DNA from: a virus
Taxonomy: Duplodnaviria; Caudoviricetes
Virus record (IMG/VR): IMGVR_UViG_3300012956_000018
Location: 1-64,000 of that record
DNA length: 64,000 nucleotides
Reading direction: 5' to 3' (one strand)
The position numbers were made by a program, and so were the translations under genes. This document shows, piece by piece, positions 18,186-28,733 of this stretch; the first letter of the stretch is position 1; each line of letters opens with the position of its first letter. The notes under the pieces were generated by a model. That model did not search any database, was not told the DNA's origin, and saw only the letters and a program-made list of their open reading frames with translations.

Positions 18186-18713
18186 ATGTTATACGGTGAA
18201 ATTGTATTTGGAAATCCTGGCGTAGCAGTTTCTGGCGAGGCTCTTAGTACTAATTCAGGTGGTGCATCCACCGGAACCATCGATAATCTACCAGTAGTTC
18301 CTGGTACTGTGGTGATTACTGATGGTACTAATACCTATGCCGATAATGGCCAGGGTGTACTGACTGGAGCTCCAGCTGGTACTGGTACTGTTAATTACAG
18401 CACTGGTGCTGTTACAATCACAGGCGGAGCTGCTACTGGTAATAACGTAGTAGCCTATCAGCGCTTCAGTGCTAACTCAGCTCAGAATCTACCTAATTCT
18501 GTATCTCCTATGTTTGCTAGCTTTAGAGCTGAAGAGGCAGCTGGTGGTATCATTGTTGAAGTAGGCGAAAGTGGTGCTGATTACCGAGTATTCTTCCAGC
18601 GTACCTTTGCTGCTTATGAAAATCTGAGTTTAGGACTATTACCTCAGAAGCTGATAAGAGTCTGGTCTTCAGCTAAGGGTCGCCTCAATGGTGTGATGGC
18701 TAACGCTCAGTAA
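18186..18713 (+). CDS. structural/decoration protein carrying the shared beta-rich domain
   Basis: PVVPGTVVITDGTNTYADNGQGVL...GTVNYSTGAVTIT, similar to the MCP insert. Confidence 0.7.
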   Translation: MLYGEIVFGNPGVAVSGEALSTNSGGASTGTIDNLPVVPGTVVITDGTNTYADNGQGVLTGAPAGTGTVNYSTGAVTITGGAATGNNVVAYQRFSANSAQNLPNSVSPMFASFRAEEAAGGIIVEVGESGADYRVFFQRTFAAYENLSLGLLPQKLIRVWSSAKGRLNGVMANAQ

Positions 18714-18741
18714 TCATTAGCCATAATCACAGAGGTGCAAC

Positions 18742-19428
18742 ATGAAGACTATTGAAATAAGAGATGCCAATTATGTAGTTGGCAAATCAGGTATGAGACT
18801 GTCGGCTAATAACGGAGCAACTGTAGTAGAGTTTTATCAAGGGGATGGTATTCGAATCTCAAATAAAGGAGGTTATCCTGTTATTGAGTTTAGGGTATCG
18901 GGTAAAGATCTTCAAGTCAAAGTGGAAACTAAGGCAGACTTGAAAAATCTGCTTGAACGAGTACACCACGAGACAGAGTTCAAAACTGAATCTCTTGATC
19001 TTATGGAAGCCATAGCCAGAGATAGTAGAGATCTACCTACTGAGAAGTTGGTAGATGCATTTTCTGAATCTTTTAATCTTGATACAGGTAGACTTAATAC
19101 CAGTATTAAAGTTACTAAGAGAGTAGCAGATCTTAATGTAGAATCTAAGGCTAAGCTGTTATCTTCTGCTAAGTGCATATTCTCTGAAGCTGATGAGTCT
19201 GCTCTTGTGTCTATTACTGATGCTGAAGATCAGGATCTTGCTGATGACGATGATAAGGACGAAGACGAAAATAAGCAAGAATCTAGCAGACGTAAGATAA
19301 AAGAGAATGATGACGAAAATGACGACAATAAGGATGATGTGAAGGAAGATACTGATAAAGACGAAGATGATGACAATAAGGACGATGATAAAATGGAATC
19401 TCGTCGTAAAGTAAGAAAATCTAAGTAA
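18742..19428 (+). CDS. prohead core/scaffold-like protein with acidic C-terminus
   Basis: Asp/Glu-rich tail with repeated ES(S)RRKI/VK motifs and xxE-S/A protease-type sites. Confidence 0.6.
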   Translation: MKTIEIRDANYVVGKSGMRLSANNGATVVEFYQGDGIRISNKGGYPVIEFRVSGKDLQVKVETKADLKNLLERVHHETEFKTESLDLMEAIARDSRDLPTEKLVDAFSESFNLDTGRLNTSIKVTKRVADLNVESKAKLLSSAKCIFSEADESALVSITDAEDQDLADDDDKDEDENKQESSRRKIKENDDENDDNKDDVKEDTDKDEDDDNKDDDKMESRRKVRKSK

Positions 19429-19513
19429 TTTATTATTTAATATAGTCACGTCGGTTAGGATAACTAGAAATGAGTGGCGGAATTATTTTCTTTAGATAAA
19501 AGCAGCTCTAGAT

Positions 19514-19720
19514 ATGCCATCAGTCTTAGTAAAATCCCTAGCTAAAAAATATTCTAAATCCATTGACGATGTAGAATCTAAGTGGAATAGAGCTAAAGCT
19601 ATAGTATCTAATCAGTACGGCAATGTAGATGATCACTACGGAGCAGTAGTATCTATAGTCAAGAAGATGTTGAAAGGCGAATCTGTATTAATCGGTATAA
19701 AGTATGCCAAGTCCAGTTAG
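19514..19720 (+). CDS. conserved myovirus head-region hypothetical protein
   Basis: MPSVLVKSLAKKYSKSIDDVESKWNRAK...YGAVVSIVKKML. Confidence 0.65.
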   Translation: MPSVLVKSLAKKYSKSIDDVESKWNRAKAIVSNQYGNVDDHYGAVVSIVKKMLKGESVLIGIKYAKSS

Positions 19721-20147
19721 AATGTATGTTGAGAGATCGATACCTAGGTTGATAAAATATAGAGATGATTGGATAGATAAATCTGGACAGATGGTATCTG
19801 TTATTAGGCCTGAGAGTATATCTACGAATGTGTACGGAGATACTACTGTAGTATCCTCTGAAAATATTCATAAAATACCTATGGTCATTAATTGGCAAGA
19901 ATATCGATTACTATTGTCTTTTAGTGATGCTTCAGAAGAAAATAATGTACCACTAGTAGCTATTGTTAGATTAATAGATAACTTGCCTAAGGGCACATTA
20001 GTAAAGATCGAAACATTCAGTGCTGATGCAATAAGTGACGAGAGCTTTCAATGGTTTAGAATAGTGAAGACAAATGCATATCATGAAATATTACAACATG
20101 GTAAAAGAGTAACTATGGTAGTTCAAAGAGGAGTAACATTTAAATGA
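19704..20147 (+). CDS. head closure/neck protein (gp14-like)
   Basis: STNVYGD motif, beta-barrel pattern, position before the tail completion gene. Confidence 0.5.
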   Translation: MPSPVRMYVERSIPRLIKYRDDWIDKSGQMVSVIRPESISTNVYGDTTVVSSENIHKIPMVINWQEYRLLLSFSDASEENNVPLVAIVRLIDNLPKGTLVKIETFSADAISDESFQWFRIVKTNAYHEILQHGKRVTMVVQRGVTFK

Positions 20148-20440
20148 CGACTACTGTAGCTAGTTTAGGGCCTATGACTACTCAAGCAGTATCTTCTAAC
20201 AAGATAAGGAAAGTAGGATCGAAGATAAATAAGAAAAAGAATAATATACTTGTGTCTACTAAAGAATATGTTTTAGTAGAATATTATAACAATGATACAG
20301 ATATGGAAGTAGTTAGAATAAAAGAAAATGGAGAATTTATTAGAATATCAGAATCTATTAAAAAGATAAAAGATTCTTCAGATGAATTAGTGAATTCTGC
20401 TAGAGTAAAGAAACTTATTGATATGGATACTGTAATGTAA
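20144..20440 (+). CDS. hypothetical protein
   Basis: ATGA/TAATG overlaps with both neighbours. Confidence 0.55.
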   Translation: MTTTVASLGPMTTQAVSSNKIRKVGSKINKKKNNILVSTKEYVLVEYYNNDTDMEVVRIKENGEFIRISESIKKIKDSSDELVNSARVKKLIDMDTVM

Positions 20441-21114
20441 TGTTAATAGACATAGATACTGCTGTAGTTACTCACGTTGCAGGAATGGTAGGCAGATTAA
20501 ATAGTCTAAAGTATCCCTCAACTAGAGTTAAATTAGAATTAGTCGAAGATGAGAATACTCATCTACGATCTATTGAACTAGCTAGTAGACAGAATAACCA
20601 CGAGCCAGATACTGCTACAAGAAGATTTCCTTTTGTAATAGTATATAGAGGAAATTCTGTATCTAGAGTAAACTCGTCATCATCGTCAAAAGCTGCCATC
20701 AGAGATATTGTACTAAGAGAAGATACAATAACTGGCGAAGTAGCTTTAGCTGATGGTAAGCAGATATCTCTGGAATATGTAATATATCAGTACACCACGT
20801 CATTTGCAGAACTTACTGAGTTATTTGAATACTGGGCAGTCAATATCGGAGAACATCATACTGCTATGGATTTTAGATTTTCTGAGTCTCAACTGAATCC
20901 AGTACAGTTTAAAGGCAATATAGTATTCAAAGAGCCAGAATCAGTGAGGCCATCTGTATCAACAATAGAAGATCAAGGTACTGTATATATTCAGAAATTC
21001 CCATTTACTCTTGATACAATAGTTCTGACAAATGTCAGGGATAGTAATGAATTAATACTCCAAGTACAATCTACTGTCTATGTTCTTAGACCCGATGAAG
21101 TATTCCCAGTTTAA
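20440..21114 (+). CDS. tail completion/terminator protein (gp15-like)
   Basis: RFPFVIVYR motif; immediately upstream of the sheath gene. Confidence 0.55.
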   Translation: MLIDIDTAVVTHVAGMVGRLNSLKYPSTRVKLELVEDENTHLRSIELASRQNNHEPDTATRRFPFVIVYRGNSVSRVNSSSSSKAAIRDIVLREDTITGEVALADGKQISLEYVIYQYTTSFAELTELFEYWAVNIGEHHTAMDFRFSESQLNPVQFKGNIVFKEPESVRPSVSTIEDQGTVYIQKFPFTLDTIVLTNVRDSNELILQVQSTVYVLRPDEVFPV

Positions 21115-21136
21115 ATAGAATTCGGAGGATGGATAA

Positions 21137-22966
21137 ATGACTTTAAGCTATCCTGGACTAGAAGTCCTCGAGACTAACTTAGCCCAGCAAGTTATTGGAC
21201 CTGCTAATATAGCAGCTGCTGTAGTAGGCGCTTCTAATCGTGGGCGTATTAACGAGAGAATTTTAGTAACAAATACTAAAGAGTTTCTAAATAAGTTTGG
21301 CAATCCTGATGCTTCTCTTAGTTACATGCATTATGCAGCTCTGCAATACTTGAGGCAGGGCGATGAATTGTATGTTACTAGAGTAGCAAATGCTGCATTG
21401 CATGGTGGAGTAGTAATTAATGGTACCGGTGGTAGTACTAATTCTTCTGCATTATCTTCTGGCGTAGTAGACCCGTCTACTTTTTCATTTTCAGGATTTG
21501 CTAATGGGGTATTCGCAGTATTCGCAGATAATCCAGGAGCTTGGGGTAATAGTATATCAGTTAGAATAACTAATGTAAATACTGCAGAACTAACATTTGA
21601 TATTCAAGTATATGAAACTGTTAGCGGTTCGTCAATACTAAGAGAAACTTATACTGTATCTAGGCAATTGAAAACCGATGGATTTGGTAGACAATTATTC
21701 TTAGAGGATAAGATAAATAATAACTCGGATTATATACGAGTAAAGAATAATGCTAATTTATCTAACACAATACTACCAAGACATAATGTAGTATCTGATG
21801 TTATTGGTACTGGTAATGGTACGAATACTAATTTTACTATAACACTATCTCAACCTAACATTGTTCCTGGATCCGTTACTACTTCAGGTGGAGGAGAATC
21901 TTTTACTGATAATTTTGCCGGAGATATGATAGGATCTTCGGGTAGTACTGGTACTATTAATTATATTACTGGATCTATTTCTCTGATATTTAATACTCCT
22001 CCTGCTAACTTAGCGTCTATTACCGCATCATATGAATATGCTATTGTAGGAACATTTACTCAAGCGTCTAATGGCTCTACAATTACAGATGCTCAGTTAC
22101 TTAGCGGGTGGGATCTATATAATAATACTGAGGAAGTGGATGTCAGATTGCTTATTGATCCTGGCTATACTAGCTTAGCCGTAAAGCAGAGATTGGTACA
22201 GATTGCTGAGACTCGTAAAGATTCTCTGGCTATTATTCATGTACCTACCTCAGAACAAGAAGCATCAAGAGCTGTGATATGGAGAAGAAACACATCTGGT
22301 ATAAATAGTACTTATGCTGCTGCTTATACTTCAGACGTATTAGATTATGATCAGTATAACAGTGTCAACCTATATGTTCCAGTGACTGGATATGTGGCTG
22401 CTCAGTTCGCTAAGAATTTTGAGAATAATACTGCTGGTAGCGTCCCTGCTGGTACTGATACTACTCTTAATGTACAGTCTCTATATCAGACTTATGATTC
22501 AGGAGATCAGAGTATACTCTATACTAATCAAGTAAATTATATAAGAAGAAAGCCTGGTACTGGATTTTTAGTATGGGGCAACAGAACCCTGACTAGTCAA
22601 GTATCGCCTCTTAATAGAATTAATGTTAGAATGTTGTTAATTATTATTGAGAGAGGTATAAAGGATTCTCTAGATGATGTAATCTTTAAACTGAATAATG
22701 AATTTACTAGATTACGTGTGTCTCAGAGGATATCTTCATTTCTGCAACAGTTTGCAGATAGTGGAGATTTAGATACTTCTATAGATAATGGATTCTTCGT
22801 TAAATGCGATGAAGATAATAATCCTCCTGCTGTGAGATAAGCTAATAGATTAGTTGTTGATGTTTATGTAAAGCCGACTTCTGCGGCTGAGTATATTACA
22901 GTTAACGTAATACTTACTGATCAAGGTGCTGATTTTAGTGAGTTAGTATCTAGCCGCACTGCTTAA
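21137..22966 (+). CDS. tail sheath protein (gp18-like), interrupted by an in-frame TAA at 22838-22840
   Basis: YPGLEVLE, FLNKFGNPD, LYVTRVAN, NPGAWGN, VWGNRTL, RINVRMLL; the conserved C-terminal ANRLVVDVYVKPTSAAEYITVNV continues in frame after the TAA. Confidence 0.9.
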
Positions 22967-22984
22967 TATTGGAGATAATTTAGT

Positions 22985-23479
22985 ATGATTACACTGAATG
23001 ATGTTCGTGGAGCATCTAATCCATTAAGAAGTTATAATTATGAATTCATCATCCCTACTATTCCAGTAGCTGGTAATACTGATGTAATGAGAATGCTAGT
23101 TACGTCAGCATCTATCCCAGGATTTTCAGTAGATACATTTGAATCTAATCACTTCGGATTTACTTTAAAGCATACAGGTAAGGGAGATTATCCTAGAACT
23201 GTAGCTATAACCTATGAAGAAAATAACGATCTAACTATATATACTACTCTTAGAGCATGGAGAGAAATTTTATTCAATTCTATTCTAGGGACTCAAATAG
23301 AAGCTAAGACCGTAGGTATATTAAAATTACTAGATCTTAATAGAAAGACAATCAGTCAAATAACATTTGCTGGTTTATTTCTTCAGTCTGTTAGTGATGT
23401 GCCATTAAGAGGAGACACCTCGTCTGCAGTATCTATATCTGCAACTTTTTCTTATGATATTCATGCAATGACACCATAA
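22985..23479 (+). CDS. tail tube protein (gp19-like)
   Basis: NPLRSYNYEF...SASIPG...TYEENNDL...WRE...TFAGLF...ISATFSYD; follows the sheath gene. Confidence 0.8.
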   Translation: MITLNDVRGASNPLRSYNYEFIIPTIPVAGNTDVMRMLVTSASIPGFSVDTFESNHFGFTLKHTGKGDYPRTVAITYEENNDLTIYTTLRAWREILFNSILGTQIEAKTVGILKLLDLNRKTISQITFAGLFLQSVSDVPLRGDTSSAVSISATFSYDIHAMTP

Positions 23480-23480
23480 A

Positions 23481-24104
23481 ATGTCAGACTCACCAATCGA
23501 AACAGTAGATGTAATAGCTAGAAGGCTAGGACAATTTGTACCTGATAATATATTTTCTCAATTTATAAGATCATTTAGCTTATTACGTAATTATAGATGG
23601 AGGCTAGTATTTCCATTAGATTTTAATATAAGTCCATATGATATTGAATCAGTAACTGTTCCTATGAGAAATGTAGATAAGAGTAGTTGGGTTAGGGATG
23701 GTAAGACATCATATTATGCTACTGAGCCATCTGATATGGATGAAATGACAGTTACATTATATGAACATAGTGATGCTAGAGTAATAAAGCAGATATATGC
23801 ATGGAAAGGATTGATACAGAATAGTGATGGTACTTTCAATTACCCATATGTATATCAGAGAGATTTAATATTACAGCTAGTAAGTCCTATTAATATAGAG
23901 ATGTTGAGTATTAAGATAAAAAATGCTTGGCCTTCTACTACTAGAATAGGCCAATTTTCTTATTCAGCATCTAGTGAAATAGTAAAAGTTACTCAGTCAT
24001 TTGTTGTTAATGATATATCGTTAGATAGTAAAGACGCCTCTATAAAGAGTGCAATAAGCTCATTACTTAGTAAGTTTAGTAATACATTTAGTAGATTAGG
24101 TTAA
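23481..24104 (+). CDS. tail-tube-like protein (tube initiator paralogue)
   Basis: LRNYRWRL...IKNAWP...FSY...VTQSF tube-fold pattern. Confidence 0.65.
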   Translation: MSDSPIETVDVIARRLGQFVPDNIFSQFIRSFSLLRNYRWRLVFPLDFNISPYDIESVTVPMRNVDKSSWVRDGKTSYYATEPSDMDEMTVTLYEHSDARVIKQIYAWKGLIQNSDGTFNYPYVYQRDLILQLVSPINIEMLSIKIKNAWPSTTRIGQFSYSASSEIVKVTQSFVVNDISLDSKDASIKSAISSLLSKFSNTFSRLG

Positions 24105-24123
24105 TTAGTTATGGAAGGTTATT

Positions 24124-24918
24124 ATGTCAGAAAAGAAGTCAACGGAGTTGTGGAGTTCTATATCTCTACCTTCAAAATTCAAGCCTTATACTCAGAAAGA
24201 GTGCAAAATACGACCACTAAAAGTCGGTGAAGTACGTCAGATTCAATCATCTATAGATGGAACATCTGGTCTATCTATAGCTGAAATAATAAGAGATGCT
24301 GTAAGCATTCCTGTATTAGATCTTACCCATGGCGATTTCTGGTTTGTATTAGCCTGGCTAAGAATTAATACTTATCGCAATTATCCATTGTCGCTAGAGT
24401 GGAAGTGCAAGAATAAGCACACTAATTCATTAGTAATAGATCTTACTAAGATAAATATAGTAGAATTGTCTAGCGAGTATTCCGAGCCAGTAATTTTGAA
24501 GACAGAGAATAGAAAATTGTCTCTAAGATTACCTAGAGTAGGAGATGAAATTCTAGCTAGAAAATACTTATCAGAAATTAATGATGATGGGGCATTTACT
24601 CAAGAAGATGTAGATCAAGCCTGCCAAGCACTACAGCTAGTAACAGGCCAATCATTATATCATAATCTAGAGGCCCTGAAAGAGATAGAAGCAGATCCCG
24701 ATGGCCCAGAAATCATTGTAAAAATAGATTCTCTAAAGACTGTGTTTAGTCATGGGCTGCCTAGGCTATTATCTGATAAATGCAAGGAGTGTAAGTATCA
24801 GGCTTCTGATATTTACTTTCCCTTTCGATTCTCAGACCTTACTCCCAGGATTACCGTCATTAAAGATTTCAGAAGTGATTTATCATTTAGCGAAACATCT
24901 GAATTACCAAGTAAGTGA
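24124..24918 (+). CDS. baseplate hub assembly/tail chaperone (gp26-like)
   Basis: LPSKFKPY, IRPLKVGE, DFWFVLAWLRINTY, CxxxH and CxxC, LRLPRVGDE. Confidence 0.7.
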   Translation: MSEKKSTELWSSISLPSKFKPYTQKECKIRPLKVGEVRQIQSSIDGTSGLSIAEIIRDAVSIPVLDLTHGDFWFVLAWLRINTYRNYPLSLEWKCKNKHTNSLVIDLTKINIVELSSEYSEPVILKTENRKLSLRLPRVGDEILARKYLSEINDDGAFTQEDVDQACQALQLVTGQSLYHNLEALKEIEADPDGPEIIVKIDSLKTVFSHGLPRLLSDKCKECKYQASDIYFPFRFSDLTPRITVIKDFRSDLSFSETSELPSK

Positions 24919-25000
24919 AGATCATGATTATTCTCTCACATACGAATTATTCGAAATACTAAACGATGACTTGAGAAATCCTGATGGACTATCCAGATAA
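24817..25000 (+). CDS. overlapping +1 frame segment, candidate frameshift extension of the chaperone (gp51/GT-like)
   Basis: The +1 frame reads FPFDSQTLLPGLPSLKISEVIYHLAKHLNYQ...ELFEILNDDLR*, starting at TTTCCCTTTC. Confidence 0.5.
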
Positions 25001-26435
25001 GAAGCCAATTAAAGAATCAGTAACCAGTATTGATCAGAAGTTAACACAACAAGAAATTCAACCTGAATCTACAAAAGCTACTCCTGAAGTAATATCTTCT
25101 TCATTAGGGGAATTATCAGAAGAAACACGAAATACTAACAAATCAATTAAGTCTCTAGTAACAGTAATAGAAGATAAGACTAAGACAGATAATATAGAAT
25201 CCCACAAGGATAGAGATTCTAGAGAAGAAGATAGAAGCTTATTTAAAAGAGCATTTGATGTAATAGACAGACAGTTATCTATAAAATCTTCATCATCTTC
25301 TCTAATAAATGAAGCTACGGGAGCAGTGGAGACACACGCAGTATCTAGTTTTGGAGCATCATTATTAGGCCCATTTGGAGCTTTACTTGGGCCTATCTTG
25401 GAAAAAGAAGGAATAGGTATAAAAGATGCATACTCTGGACTTAAGAATTTAGTACAAAATACTTCGACATTTATTAAGAAGATGTCGGACAAGCAAGATA
25501 AGAATGATGTAGTCATCGACGAGCCAGTATCAAATACTCAATCGTCTACTAATCAAATAAACGTATTAAAAGAGCCTACTAAAACCATTGAAGATTCATC
25601 CAGTGATAAAGAATCAAAAGAAAAATCAAATCTTATTTTAGATAATATTCATACTGATATAAATAAGCAGACATCAGTTATATTCGAATCAATAAAAACT
25701 AATAAAGAGATTCAAGATAAAATAGTAATTAATGAAAAAGAGTCTTCAGCAAAACTGCAAAATATAATAGAAGAATTAAAAGATAGTAAGAAAGTATTAT
25801 CTGATAAGATAACAGGAGTTAAGCATTCAGTTAATAGAGTATGGGAAAGACTGATGATGAACAGTATTTTCCAATTTCTTACGTCTCCTGTTGGATTAGC
25901 TTCTATGGCTATCTTAGGGGCATCAGCTCTAATGCCCTTTATATATGATAAAGTAAAAGAATGGTCTAGTAATATAACTGGTCAAATATCTAAGACGATC
26001 GATGAAAAAGTAGATAGTATCAAACAAGGATTTAAAGATGCAGTAAAGGATTTAAACCCATTTAAAGACAGGAAATCAGAAAGTAAGCAAGATAAAATAA
26101 TAGAAAAAAGATCAACAGAATCATCACAATCTAGTACTAGCAACAAAAAGAGCAGTTTACCTTCTACACAGATTCCGTCAGTACCGAGTGCTAAATCGCC
26201 ACCTTCGGCATCACTCATCGCTCCAGTACCGACTCCTGCTCCTATTATTCCTGAAATTAAAGATACAATAGATTATAATAAACTGGCTAGTATCATGGCT
26301 TCAAATAATAAGGCAAATACCACATATACTTCTCCACAGGCAGATAATACAAGACCTCAGTTATCTCCTACCGCTATGCCAACAAGACCTGATGACTTAG
26401 GATTAAATTTAGCTAATGCTGGAGTATTAGTATAA
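24984..26435 (+). CDS. tape-measure/baseplate hub protein (gp29-like)
   Basis: Helical low-complexity protein with Gly/hydrophobic stretches, located after the chaperone; Pro-rich C-terminus. Confidence 0.6.
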   Translation: MDYPDKKPIKESVTSIDQKLTQQEIQPESTKATPEVISSSLGELSEETRNTNKSIKSLVTVIEDKTKTDNIESHKDRDSREEDRSLFKRAFDVIDRQLSIKSSSSSLINEATGAVETHAVSSFGASLLGPFGALLGPILEKEGIGIKDAYSGLKNLVQNTSTFIKKMSDKQDKNDVVIDEPVSNTQSSTNQINVLKEPTKTIEDSSSDKESKEKSNLILDNIHTDINKQTSVIFESIKTNKEIQDKIVINEKESSAKLQNIIEELKDSKKVLSDKITGVKHSVNRVWERLMMNSIFQFLTSPVGLASMAILGASALMPFIYDKVKEWSSNITGQISKTIDEKVDSIKQGFKDAVKDLNPFKDRKSESKQDKIIEKRSTESSQSSTSNKKSSLPSTQIPSVPSAKSPPSASLIAPVPTPAPIIPEIKDTIDYNKLASIMASNNKANTTYTSPQADNTRPQLSPTAMPTRPDDLGLNLANAGVLV

Positions 26436-27181
26436 TGAGTATAGAAAAATTAGGGCCATATGATATTATTGTGGAAATAAATAACGACCCTAGTCAAACT
26501 GTTGTAGGCAAATTACCAGTAAATTTTGATTTTGAAGTAGCTTCTTCTTGGTCATCTCCATTTGCATCTTTTGGTCATGGTACGTTTGGAAATATATTAG
26601 CTCTAGGAGGTATATCTTTAAAATTCCAAGCTGCATCTGTTCAAGTGTGGGAAGGTAGTGCTCCTATCAATATAAGATTACCTATAGAATTCTTTGCTAC
26701 AGGTAAGAAGAAACCTGGTATTAATGGAGTATCGAAATCAGGAGCTTGGGATGAAGTAGTTACTCCAATAATCAGATTAATGAAGCTAGCTGCACCTACT
26801 CTAAGAGATGCAAATGGAGCAGCCATGTATGATCCTCCTGGGCCTAATGTTGATTTTGGCAAATTAGCTGCTGATATTGTTAAGGAAATTGGCTTGGACT
26901 CTGCATCAGACTTTATTCGTAAGAGAACATCTACCGGTACTGGAGACGACATTGTTTTATATTTAGGTAAATTTGCTGTATTAGATAGACTTATAGTAAA
27001 GAGTGTAATCCCTAGATGGAGTTCCGTTATGGATCCAGATGGAATTCCTATGAAAGCCTCTGCCGAAGTAACCTTCTCAACATGGATGACTCCAGACAGA
27101 AATAAAATTGAGAAGTTCTTTAAATTCCCGTCATCGTCTAGTCAGATAAGTGAAGTAGTAACTACTGCGAGAAGAATATAA
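26435..27181 (+). CDS. baseplate-tube junction protein (gp48/gp54-like)
   Basis: QVWEGSAPINIRLPIEF...LIVKSV...GIPMKASAEVTFST. Confidence 0.6.
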   Translation: MSIEKLGPYDIIVEINNDPSQTVVGKLPVNFDFEVASSWSSPFASFGHGTFGNILALGGISLKFQAASVQVWEGSAPINIRLPIEFFATGKKKPGINGVSKSGAWDEVVTPIIRLMKLAAPTLRDANGAAMYDPPGPNVDFGKLAADIVKEIGLDSASDFIRKRTSTGTGDDIVLYLGKFAVLDRLIVKSVIPRWSSVMDPDGIPMKASAEVTFSTWMTPDRNKIEKFFKFPSSSSQISEVVTTARRI

Positions 27182-27552
27182 TGTCTCTACCTAAATATAA
27201 TAGAAGAGATTTCTTTAATAAGACCACAGTTAATGATAGACTAGAACTAGATTTATTATCATTTAAGTGGATAGATTTTTCTAGATACTATAATAGAAGT
27301 AGAGTAAGAGTACATAAAGTGATGCAGCATGAAGAAGGAAGACTATGGCTGATATCTGAAAAGTATTATAATACCTATACTATGTATTGGCTGATAGCGC
27401 TAGTTAACGGTATTTTAAATCCAGCTAAAGATGTAGTAGCAGGATTAGATTTAACTATACCATCTATTGTAGATATAGACTCTTATTATCAATCTATTAG
27501 ATCTGCTAGCAGAAAACAGTTATCAGTGCAAATTACTAAGCCTGTGATATGA
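27181..27552 (+). CDS. baseplate wedge protein with LysM-like motif (gp53-like)
   Basis: RLWLISEKYYNTYTMYWLIALVNGILNP...LTIPS. Confidence 0.75.
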   Translation: MSLPKYNRRDFFNKTTVNDRLELDLLSFKWIDFSRYYNRSRVRVHKVMQHEEGRLWLISEKYYNTYTMYWLIALVNGILNPAKDVVAGLDLTIPSIVDIDSYYQSIRSASRKQLSVQITKPVI

Positions 27553-28733
27553 GTATTTCTGGTCAATATAATATTTCGCTAAAGATTAATGAGGAAAAAT
27601 ATGATCTACTTCTATCTAGTGTCAGACACTTAGCTATATTTGAAAACGCTAGTGATTTGCTACCTACTTTAGAAATGCAGCTAGTAGATCCAATTTATGA
27701 TAGAAATTTAATACCAATATATGATGGATCTATCATAGAAATATCTCTGACTCCTACAGTAGATCAAAGTCAAGAAAATAAATCTTCTGGTATGGAAGAG
27801 GGATCTGATACCTGGATGTCATTTAGAGTATTTAAATGTGAAATAGTTACTGAATCAAATGTAGATATATTAAATATTTTGGCTTATTATAATTCTCCTG
27901 AATATTTTTCAATAGCCGCATTTGATTATTATGAAGGATCATCATCTTCAGTAGCTGAGAAAATAGCTACTAAATGTAATTTAAAGTTTGATGGGGATAC
28001 TTCTAATGATACTCAGATATGGTACCAAGCAGGGCAGACATCTGGCGCATTTCTTCATGAAGTAGCTCGTCATGCTTGGAAAGATAATAATTCTTGTTTT
28101 GTAAATTGTGTAACTAAAGACGGAGTATTAAAATTCTTTAATTTAGGAGACAGAATTAAATCATCACCGGTATGGGATTTCATTAATACTAATGTGATGT
28201 TTATACCTCTTAAAGATAAAGAAGTAGCTGTAACGTCCATGTTGTCTTCTCCTAATTCTGGTACTTTAAATAGATGGAGAGGATACGGAGTAGTCTCTGG
28301 TAATGAGAATTTTATTAGTGGGGAGTATAATTCTGTACATGTAGATAATATTCAGAAATCTACCGAGAAATTGGCTATTAATAAAGATTTAGCTAAACCT
28401 ACGCGATATGAAGTCGGACCTATAGATATAGGAAATACTCATAAGAATTACTTTAAGTCATATAATCAGAATATCAGATTGTTGTCTACATTTTCAGATA
28501 CTATTAAAGTAATTACTAATAGGCCTAAAAAGATTGCTTTATTAGATAGAGTAATGTTTAAAGAACAGAAAGATACTCCTGGATCACTAAGAATGAATTA
28601 TTCAGGAGAATATTTTGTTACTCATATAGGCACTTTCCTAATTAATGGAGCTATTACTATTAATTATGGGCTAACTAAAGAAGGTGTCAATACTGTTTCT
28701 AGTGATTCTGGAGATAGGACTGATTTACTATGA
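27549..28733 (+). CDS. baseplate hub protein (gp27-like)
   Basis: Size, WYQAGQTSGAFL and YSGEYFVTHI motifs, position before the spike gene. Confidence 0.65.
   Translation: MSISGQYNISLKINEEKYDLLLSSVRHLAIFENASDLLPTLEMQLVDPIYDRNLIPIYDGSIIEISLTPTVDQSQENKSSGMEEGSDTWMSFRVFKCEIVTESNVDILNILAYYNSPEYFSIAAFDYYEGSSSSVAEKIATKCNLKFDGDTSNDTQIWYQAGQTSGAFLHEVARHAWKDNNSCFVNCVTKDGVLKFFNLGDRIKSSPVWDFINTNVMFIPLKDKEVAVTSMLSSPNSGTLNRWRGYGVVSGNENFISGEYNSVHVDNIQKSTEKLAINKDLAKPTRYEVGPIDIGNTHKNYFKSYNQNIRLLSTFSDTIKVITNRPKKIALLDRVMFKEQKDTPGSLRMNYSGEYFVTHIGTFLINGAITINYGLTKEGVNTVSSDSGDRTDLL

Noticed and set aside
24752-24816. Listed start of the 82-aa ORF at 24752
   Set aside because: No RBS, and the first ~20 codons look non-coding; only the part after the slippery site looks protein-like.
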